In this document: one piece after another, positions 25,578-32,000 of the stretch
Numbering within the stretch: the stretch's first letter is position 1
Layout of the letters: each line of letters opens with the position of its first letter
From: Acaryochloris thomasi RCC1774
GTDB taxonomy: Bacteria; Cyanobacteriota; Cyanobacteriia; Thermosynechococcales; Thermosynechococcaceae
Assembly: GCF_003231495.1 (NCBI RefSeq)
Contig: NZ_PQWO01000016.1
Location: forward strand, 60,001-92,000
DNA length: 32,000 nucleotides
Reading direction: 5' to 3'
The notes under the pieces: model-generated
Seen by the model: only the letters and a program-made list of their open reading frames with translations
The model's database searches: none
Told to the model about the DNA's origin: nothing
Position numbers and translations under genes: made by a program

Positions 25578-26999
25578 ATGCCTGAAGATGTATTCCTTAC
25601 ATCTTCTCCCTCAGATCACCGAAGCCTTTCTGGCCAACTGTGGCCCCCCTTCCCCAGAAAGGACATGAGTGGGACACTACGGTTATCTTCGCTTTCTTTG
25701 TCTCCCCTAGAATGCATGCCCCTTCCACCTGAGTCATCCCTCCCCGAGCCTGAAGAGACTTCCGGCCCATTAAAGGAGCAGGCGTCGTTCAACCGCCGCA
25801 GATCTGCCTCTGACCGGTCATCCATTTCTCAACAGCCAAAGCCGCTTAGATTTTGGGCCGAGACCTCATCCGCGATTGACGTCAATCTCCAAAATCTCAC
25901 GCCTCAGCAGCTTAGCTTGCTGACTGTGATTACAGTTGTTCTGATCTTTTTGGGTCTCTTTCTCCAGAGTGCGTTGATCGGTCTGCCTGCCGCCGCTATT
26001 GCTCTATTCCTTTCACTGCGGATGGTTTGGGCACCCCTACAGCAGATTTTTCGAACCTCATTTCCTAACCCTTACCGCCAGTGGGCGATCGCAACCGCCG
26101 TCGGAGTAGTTGCCCTGCTCGGCATCGCCTACTTCACGGGTCTCATTGGTCTGATTTTGTCTCTCGGGCGACGCATCAACTGGGAAGCCTTTGGAGCCTT
26201 GGCAGAGGCATTCGGGGCGGTTGGACAGATCTTGGTGGCTTTTTTAGCGTTGTTCGTGGCTTGGCGTCAGTACATCATCTCGAAGGAGCTGACGAGCCAG
26301 CAGAACCGGATTACCCAGCAGCAGACCATTGACGCCTATTTTCAGGGAATTTCTGACCTCGTTCTTGATGAAGATGGCTTACTAGAAGACTGGCCTTCTG
26401 AACGTGCGATCGCAGAGGGTCGCACCGCCGCCATTTTAGGGGGACTCAGTGCAGAGGGCAGAGCCAAAATCCTTCGATTTCTCTCCAGTGCCAAATTATT
26501 GACCCCGCTCAAACGCGATCGTCGTTTAGGTCGAGCAATTTTTGATGGCTTAGGTGGTTATGAAGAAGATATTGAATATGGCGTACGGGTGATTGACCTC
26601 GGCAGCATGTTGGCCCATTCAGACTTAGCGGCGACGGATCTCCAGCAGACTGAGCTGAGTGACGCTAACCTCATTGGGGCTGATCTACAGGGATGTGATC
26701 TCAGCCGCGCTAATCTTTCTCGCTGCATTCTCTATGGCGCAAATTTAAAGCACGCTGATTTTAGTCGGACAAAGCTTTATCACGGGACAGCAGAGACGGC
26801 TACACCCCGCGATCGCATCAACGCCCCGAACTACGTTAAGGGCACCCAAACCGGAGCGATCATCGAAAATGTCGACCTCACCCAGGCTCGGAATCTCTCA
26901 CCCGAGCAGCGCTACTATTGCTGCGCTTGGGGCGGCTCCAAAACACGCGCTACCGTTCCCGGCGGCTGTGAAGGCATTCCGAACAAGCTCGAAGATTAG
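25578..26999 (+). CDS. Membrane-anchored pentapeptide-repeat protein (start uncertain)
   Basis: Several hydrophobic helices in the middle of the protein. C-terminal pentapeptide repeats read LSDANLIGADLQGCDLSRANLSRCILYGANLKHADFSRTKL. Confidence 0.75.
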   Translation: MPEDVFLTSSPSDHRSLSGQLWPPFPRKDMSGTLRLSSLSLSPLECMPLPPESSLPEPEETSGPLKEQASFNRRRSASDRSSISQQPKPLRFWAETSSAIDVNLQNLTPQQLSLLTVITVVLIFLGLFLQSALIGLPAAAIALFLSLRMVWAPLQQIFRTSFPNPYRQWAIATAVGVVALLGIAYFTGLIGLILSLGRRINWEAFGALAEAFGAVGQILVAFLALFVAWRQYIISKELTSQQNRITQQQTIDAYFQGISDLVLDEDGLLEDWPSERAIAEGRTAAILGGLSAEGRAKILRFLSSAKLLTPLKRDRRLGRAIFDGLGGYEEDIEYGVRVIDLGSMLAHSDLAATDLQQTELSDANLIGADLQGCDLSRANLSRCILYGANLKHADFSRTKLYHGTAETATPRDRINAPNYVKGTQTGAIIENVDLTQARNLSPEQRYYCCAWGGSKTRATVPGGCEGIPNKLED

Positions 27000-27634
27000 T
27001 GCGTCTCTTTAGTTTGGCCGTCAATCAAAGCACTCCAATCGTCAGCCTCTACCGCAGACTTCAAATTCTCTGCCTTTGAAGCCGCTTCTTTCTCTTTTTC
27101 CTTTAGCAGCGTTTCATCCGCCATTGCCGTTCGCAGCTTCAGCTTTTTCGCTTCATGGGCTTCGCGCTCTGCAGCCGACATCACCGCCGCCGCACTAGCA
27201 CCCACCGTGGCCGACCAAGTCCCATCCCCTTCATTTCCTGGGGGTACTGACCCATTCTCTGAGATCCAGGCATCGCGCAGCGCCTCCATTTCAGACCGCT
27301 TAGGAAACTGAAACGCCTGCACCCGGACAAAGGCACAGACTTGGGGACCGTTATCCGTGATGTGGCCTCTCAGTGCAAGCCCCACATTACGAGAATAGCC
27401 AACATACTGGGCTTGCTGCTGCTGATTGAACACGGCATAAACGCCCGCAATTTTCCGGTCTTCTGCCGTTGTTAGCCAAGATTCAAGGTCTAGGATTTCA
27501 TTACTCTGGGAGACTGCAGGCGTTTGTTGCGAGACGCCATGTTCATCACCGGAACTGTAAAGGAAGTCGTGCAGTCCTTGATGATTCTCCGGTACATTTT
27601 GATGCTCAAGAGTGGGCTTGGGCGTCTTTTCCAT
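26996..27634 (-). CDS. GIY-YIG-like domain protein with a charged coiled C-terminus
   Basis: IAGVYAVFNQQQQAQYVGYSRNVGLALRGH resembles the GIY...YIG...R...H pattern. The stop overlaps the convergent pentapeptide gene stop (TTAG at 26996-26999). Confidence 0.5.
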   Translation of the reverse strand: MEKTPKPTLEHQNVPENHQGLHDFLYSSGDEHGVSQQTPAVSQSNEILDLESWLTTAEDRKIAGVYAVFNQQQQAQYVGYSRNVGLALRGHITDNGPQVCAFVRVQAFQFPKRSEMEALRDAWISENGSVPPGNEGDGTWSATVGASAAAVMSAAEREAHEAKKLKLRTAMADETLLKEKEKEAASKAENLKSAVEADDWSALIDGQTKETH

Positions 27635-27998
27635 TACAGAACTCTCCTGACCGGGTAAATAAAAGAATGCTTTGCAATCAGCGACAGCAAAAGCTGTCCC
27701 TCAACCATCATAGATGTAGGACGGCGGCTGTACGACCGAGCATTAAACTCAATAACTTTCATTCGGGTGTATCTAGCGATGAATATCATCTCGAAGGAAT
27801 GGAACCGGCCAATCAAAAACTGGCGAACAGCGCTCTCAATTTTGCGATCCTGTCCCCAAAACGCTTTGCCCTGTCGATAAAAAGCGCTTACACAAAAATC
27901 AGGTCACGCTCGGGTGGCCCTGGCAAAACACTCGGCCAACCTCTGCTTGTTTCTACTTTTTTGAGTAGGCTAGACTTAGTTTACTTAGCTATCGATAG

Positions 27999-28235
27999 GT
28001 GACAGGAATGGTACATCAGAAAAACGTGCTCACGACCTTAGGATGTTCAAGCTCTCTGCTCTTGGCCTTAGCTGTAACCCAGCCCGCGACAGCAGTCCCC
28101 AGCGTTGAAAACGTTATGCAAGCTGACCAGGGTGTCCCTACACTTGTTGCTGAACAAAAAGGTACCCTTGACGATCTGTTGGGCTGTACTTGCCCTACCT
28201 GCTCTGCATCAACACCCATTGAGACTGTTCTTTAA
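27999..28235 (+). CDS. Small secreted Cys-containing peptide (hypothetical; ATG 28008 is the more likely start)
   Basis: A Sec-type signal (LLLALAVTQPATA|VP) is followed by about 46 aa ending LDDLLGCTCPTCSASTPIETVL. Confidence 0.35.
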   Translation: MTGMVHQKNVLTTLGCSSSLLLALAVTQPATAVPSVENVMQADQGVPTLVAEQKGTLDDLLGCTCPTCSASTPIETVL

Positions 28236-28255
28236 AGCTGCAGTAGCCCCTGTAT

Positions 28256-29134
28256 TTACCCCTGCAATATGGGGAGAATGAGGTTTGCGATCGCATCTCC
28301 AAATTCTTCAGCCATTCCCAAGCTGCCCTGCGAACGAACGGACTGGATGTTAGCAAGCTTCGCCATCGCCTCCATTTCTGCCAGTGATGCCGGTGGAGCC
28401 TGTTCTGCGATCACCACCATCACCGGCACCGATGGCTTTTCGATTGCGGCTAGAAACTCCGCTCTTTGAGACACCGGATCTAAGCTACCCGTGACAAAGG
28501 CAGCGGGCGCATATCGCGCCCCAGACTGTTGCGTCCCTTCATACCGCTGCGCGATAAAGTCCGGCGTTAACGCGGTTTCATTGACGAACACATGCCGACG
28601 ATACATCCACTTTAGAAACCCAGGTCGCGTATTGAGGCCATACAGTGCGGAGCCGATCAAAGGCGTTCTCACCAGGTCTCGCACGCCGTTGCGAACAGAC
28701 TCGGACGCACCCATCACCGCTAACGGTCCCCGCCAAGTGGGGGCGACTAAGACAATCCGTGACCAAGACTCCAGTGCCAAGGCATAGCCTGCGGCATGTC
28801 CCGCCGCGACCACCGCCACGTCTTCGGTAAACGTGTCTCGCACAAAGTCCTGCAAGAACTGACGGAACAGCGCCGGTTGATAGTCGAGCTTCAGGCGATC
28901 GGACTCGCCAAAACCCGGCCAGTCTAGGAGCGTGACCTGAAAATGAGACGCCAGCGCCTGGGCTAGGGTTGTTAGCTCTGCCCGCGTGGAGACCGTGCTA
29001 AAGGACGGTAAGAGCAGGACCGATGGACCGGAACCGAGGACTTCGGTGGCAATATTGATGGCTTGTCCCTGCCATTGCCAGGCATAGGTAGAGAGGGTGC
29101 CCTGGGGATCTGTCGTTAGCATTAAACCCTCCAT
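28256..29134 (-). CDS. Alpha/beta-hydrolase-fold protein with Ala in place of the nucleophile Ser
   Basis: The GPSVLLLPSF...LDWPGFGES pattern is typical of the fold. The nucleophile elbow reads VVAAGHAAGYAL, that is G-H-A-A-G instead of G-x-S-x-G. Confidence 0.8.
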   Translation of the reverse strand: MEGLMLTTDPQGTLSTYAWQWQGQAINIATEVLGSGPSVLLLPSFSTVSTRAELTTLAQALASHFQVTLLDWPGFGESDRLKLDYQPALFRQFLQDFVRDTFTEDVAVVAAGHAAGYALALESWSRIVLVAPTWRGPLAVMGASESVRNGVRDLVRTPLIGSALYGLNTRPGFLKWMYRRHVFVNETALTPDFIAQRYEGTQQSGARYAPAAFVTGSLDPVSQRAEFLAAIEKPSVPVMVVIAEQAPPASLAEMEAMAKLANIQSVRSQGSLGMAEEFGDAIANLILPILQG

Positions 29135-29202
29135 TTTGGCTCAACACATATAGCTAAACGCATCTTCATTATCCGACAAACGAGGGAGCTTATCTTTTAT
29201 GC

Positions 29203-29221
29203 AATGATAATCGTTATCATT
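29203..29221. promoter_or_regulatory. Fur box in a divergent promoter region
   Basis: AATGATAATCGTTATCATT forms 8-bp perfect inverted arms (AATGATAA / TTATCATT). It matches 15 of 16 positions of AATGATAATCATTATC within the canonical Fur consensus GATAATGATAATCATTATC. Confidence 0.6.
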
Positions 29222-29248
29222 GTATAAGGTCCGTCTTAGGGAGGGTGT

Positions 29249-30463
29249 GTGAAGAGCCAGATAGATATTGCCGTGATCGGGGCCGGACCCCAAGCGCTGA
29301 CGTTAGTGACCCATCTGCTGCAGAAGAAGCAGGCTCTACGCGATCGCATCCAAGTCTTTGATCCCAGCGGCACCTGGATGGCGCAGTGGCAACAGCAGTT
29401 TGCGGCGCAGGAGATTCCCTATTTGCGATCGCCTGGTGTGCATCACCCCGATCCTAAACACACCCTATTCAACTTTGCTGAACGCCGCCAGGATGAGCTG
29501 CATCTGCCCTACAATCGGCCCGGTACAGCACTGTTTCAAGATTTCTGTGAAACTGTCATTGATCGCTGGCAACTGCGCGATCGAGTGACCGCAGCCCAGG
29601 TGATGAAGTTAACGCCGTTGCCGTCCCGATTTCAGCTTCAGTTGAGTAACGGCGAACAAATTGAAGCGCGGCGGGTCGTTTTAGCGACGGGCGGCGGCAA
29701 AGCACAGGTGCCTGCCTGGGTTGCCCAGGTTAATCTCCATCCTCCAGAACGGCTGTGTCACGCCCAAGATGTTTGCCTGCCAGAATTACCGGACCTGACG
29801 GGTGAAACGGTTTTGATTGTCGGTAGTGGGCAGTCCAGCGCTCATTTAGCGGTGGGGGCTGTTGGGCGAGGCGCGAGGGTATTGCTGATGGCCCGTCGGA
29901 CCCTGACGGAAAAGCTATTTGATGCGGAACCGGGTTGGTTGGGGCCGAAGTATCTGAAGGGTTTCCAGGCAGAGCAAGACTGGCAAGTGCGCTGGCAGAT
30001 GATTCAAGCGGCCCGGAACGGCGGGTCAATTGCGCCGGAGCTGCTGCATCGACTGCGGCGATATTCACGTTCTGGGCAAGTCACCTTTTATGAGCGCTGT
30101 CATGTATCTAATGCGACCTGGCAAGGAGAAGCATGGCAGGTGCAGTGTAGTTTGCCGACTGTGCATGATTGTTTAGCACATCAGTCTATTGATCGGATCT
30201 GGCTGGCGACGGGAACGCAGACGGATATTACAGCGCATCCCTTAATGGGGGAGATTTTGGAGCGATATCCGAATCAGATTGTCAATGGCCTGCCGGTGTT
30301 GGATGAGCACTTGCGCTGGCCCGGTTGTGAGCTATTTTTGATGGGACCGTGGGCGGCGCTGCAGGTGGGGCCGGTGGCGAGGAATTTGCATGGGGGTCGG
30401 ATGGGTTGCGATCGCATTGTCCCGGCATTAACCAAGGCCAGCGTTGCTCGAACTGTTGCCTAG
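29249..30463 (+). CDS. FAD/NAD(P)-binding oxidoreductase with two Rossmann motifs (N-hydroxylating monooxygenase-like)
   Basis: Motifs seen: IAVIGAGPQALTL (GxGxxA), VLIVGSGQSSAHLAV (second dinucleotide motif) and WLATGTQ (ATG motif). GTG start. Confidence 0.75.
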   Translation: MKSQIDIAVIGAGPQALTLVTHLLQKKQALRDRIQVFDPSGTWMAQWQQQFAAQEIPYLRSPGVHHPDPKHTLFNFAERRQDELHLPYNRPGTALFQDFCETVIDRWQLRDRVTAAQVMKLTPLPSRFQLQLSNGEQIEARRVVLATGGGKAQVPAWVAQVNLHPPERLCHAQDVCLPELPDLTGETVLIVGSGQSSAHLAVGAVGRGARVLLMARRTLTEKLFDAEPGWLGPKYLKGFQAEQDWQVRWQMIQAARNGGSIAPELLHRLRRYSRSGQVTFYERCHVSNATWQGEAWQVQCSLPTVHDCLAHQSIDRIWLATGTQTDITAHPLMGEILERYPNQIVNGLPVLDEHLRWPGCELFLMGPWAALQVGPVARNLHGGRMGCDRIVPALTKASVARTVA

Positions 30464-30558
30464 AGTTTCAAAACTGGTAAATCTAGAACCTGGTGCAGGC
30501 AGTATATTTATTGGCTTAAGATACCCAAACTTAGTCTTTTGAATACGGTGAACAACAG

Positions 30559-30673
30559 GATAATCCCCTCAGGGCCGGAGTCATCTGACTTCTGATTGAT
30601 AATGCTCTTGTCTCAGAGTTATCAGGTTCTTGGTGGATAATACTCTCCCGGCCAGAGTTATTATGCATCATCC
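30559..30673 (+). repeat. Three tandem imperfect 38-39 bp repeats with internal dyad symmetry, abutting a TATAAT hexamer (30675-30680)
   Basis: R1 at 30559 is GATAATCCCCTCAGGGCCGGAGTCATC. R2 at 30598 is GATAATGCTCTTGTCTCAGAGTTATC. R3 at 30636 is GATAATACTCTCCCGGCCAGAGTTATT. R2 and R3 carry the arms ATAAT.CTCT / AGAGTTAT. Confidence 0.75.
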
Positions 30674-30804
30674 GTATAATTAATAGTTATAGCAGCTAGG
30701 GAGATATAGTGAGCATTCCAGGGATCAGGAATGCCTTCATATTAAGGATTCTGGAGATGAAAACATCCTAACCGTCTGCCTCTCTACGATAGATTTTTGA
30801 AACC

Positions 30805-31692
30805 ATGAACGAGCAAGCACAGTTACCAGAACCTCCGCAGTTTTCTGACGAGGAAATGCAGAGATGCCGAGAAACTGGCGACTTCATGCCTATGCTTTTT
30901 GAGTGGTACAAGTTTGTTGGTCATGTCTGCATATTTTTCGCCCAATTACAGAGAGAGTCACCAACAGTCAGAGAAATTTTACCAATCCACTTTGCTATTC
31001 TTACTGGGCTACTAAACCGTTGTGCGAGATTGATGCTGTCAAACATAGCGCTTTCCCATAATGGAAATTTTGGAGAGACAACAGCACTCTTGGACAGGTG
31101 TATTTTTGAATCTTGCCTCAAATTAGATTGGCTGTGTCATGAAGGAAATGATGATAGTTTTCAGTGCTATTTGGCGGGTGGACTCAAAACAGAAATAGAG
31201 CTTGAAAAAGAAATAAGGGGAAAAATAACTGAGCGAGAAGACAGCGAAGTTCTTCACATTGAAAAGCGTATGCTTTCATCTATTGATCGCTATATCAATG
31301 CTGCAGGATTGAGCCGCGAAGAAATTATCGAAGCTAAAAAGCTACCCGATGTTTCTGCAATGCTTCGAGATTTAGGCCATGAAAGGTTAATGTACGTAGT
31401 TGCACAACGGCTGGGTTCACATCATGTACATGGAACCTGGCCAAGCCTTTTACTACATTACCTTGAGGTTGATGATGATGGTGGTTTCACTCTCAGAGAT
31501 CATGATTGTCATACACATCCAAATCAATTTGTAATGACCCCGCTTCAGGTTTTGGGGGCGATTACATCATTTATTGTTTTTGTAATCGAGGCCGAAGATG
31601 CAGAAGGCATTGTGAGCTTGTTAGATTCTATTCAAGAAGAAATTCTGAACATCAATGGCGAAATGATTGGGAGCGACTTTCAGCGTTCATAA
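30805..31692 (+). CDS. Hypothetical helical protein in AT-richer DNA (possibly DUF5677/HEPN-like)
   Basis: 295-aa ORF with LLDRCIFESCLKLDWL and AQRLGSHHVHGTW (R-x4-H at 31408-31425). The family assignment is from memory and unverified. Confidence 0.55.
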   Translation: MNEQAQLPEPPQFSDEEMQRCRETGDFMPMLFEWYKFVGHVCIFFAQLQRESPTVREILPIHFAILTGLLNRCARLMLSNIALSHNGNFGETTALLDRCIFESCLKLDWLCHEGNDDSFQCYLAGGLKTEIELEKEIRGKITEREDSEVLHIEKRMLSSIDRYINAAGLSREEIIEAKKLPDVSAMLRDLGHERLMYVVAQRLGSHHVHGTWPSLLLHYLEVDDDGGFTLRDHDCHTHPNQFVMTPLQVLGAITSFIVFVIEAEDAEGIVSLLDSIQEEILNINGEMIGSDFQRS

Positions 31693-31783
31693 CAGTTCTA
31701 ACGCTTGTGGATAAATTGATACTGATCTCTGAATTACGGGCATAATAGCCTGATACAACACTTGTTAAATATAGGTTTAAACA

Positions 31784-31999
31784 ATGCCTCAAGTAAAAAG
31801 ATTTGATATTAAGGGTGAGAACGGAATCGATGAAAGTGCCTCTGTCGGCATACATGAGTTAATTGTGAAAGTGGATGGTCAGCCTTTTTCAGAAAAAAGT
31901 TCAGCAAAGGCAAGCCTTACTTGGTACAACAGCAAAAATGAACTTCAGGGATACAAAGTTGTCCCTTTTTTGGATGGATATGCTTTGTACAAACCGTAA
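31784..31999 (+). CDS. Hypothetical 71-aa protein
   Basis: Complete ORF ending TAA at 31997-31999, co-directional with and 91 nt downstream of the 295-aa ORF. It shares the same AT-rich composition. No motif recognised. Confidence 0.4.
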   Translation: MPQVKRFDIKGENGIDESASVGIHELIVKVDGQPFSEKSSAKASLTWYNSKNELQGYKVVPFLDGYALYKP

Positions 32000-32000
32000 A

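Noticed and set aside
26996-26999. Convergent genes with overlapping stop codons (TTAG: TAG on + and TAA on -)
   Set aside because: It is real, but this is a common compact-genome arrangement with no evident functional implication.
27469-28002. 177-aa + strand ORF from the track
   Set aside because: Its first third is antisense to the GIY-YIG-like gene. The rest crosses the intergenic gap with an Arg/Ser/Leu-biased composition and no motif.
1-32000. Search by eye for CRISPR arrays, tRNA/rRNA genes, transposase or integrase genes and long terminal inverted repeats
   Set aside because: None found. The only repeat structures are the short duplications and the 3-unit array reported above. A covariance-model scan (tRNAscan/Infernal) would be needed to fully exclude small RNAs.

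Overview
The window looks like a cyanobacterial chromosome segment. The HIP1 octamer GCGATCGC occurs at least 22 times, against about 0.5 expected by chance. Gene content fits: FtsH, a DnaK2-type Hsp70, class II ribonucleotide reductase, TPR and pentapeptide-repeat proteins, and small conserved cyanobacterial ORFs. No rRNA, tRNA, CRISPR array or transposase was recognised.

Most of the window is housekeeping. The observations most worth follow-up are:
1. nrdJ is interrupted by a 374-aa LAGLIDADG intein inserted at the TNP|CGE active-site motif.
2. The usual NrdJ C-terminal domain and Cys-rich tail sit in a separate downstream ORF (nrdJb-like). That ORF carries long low-complexity inserts and a duplicated FPxAFxDT motif.
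3. A TetR-GST pair has two related AGACC-N4-RGTCT palindromes, which are candidate operators.
4. A near-consensus Fur box lies between a divergent pair: an alpha/beta-hydrolase whose nucleophile Ser is replaced by Ala, and a two-Rossmann flavoprotein.
5. An AT-richer right end (30.46-32.0 kb) opens with three tandem 38-39 bp dyad-containing repeats abutting a TATAAT hexamer. It encodes two unrecognised proteins, one with an R-x4-H motif. This is the best candidate here for an undescribed accessory module, but the evidence is weak.
6. Three separate 18-21 bp duplications sit exactly on gene start or stop sites.

All functional calls come from reading the translated ORFs for motifs. No database search was run.
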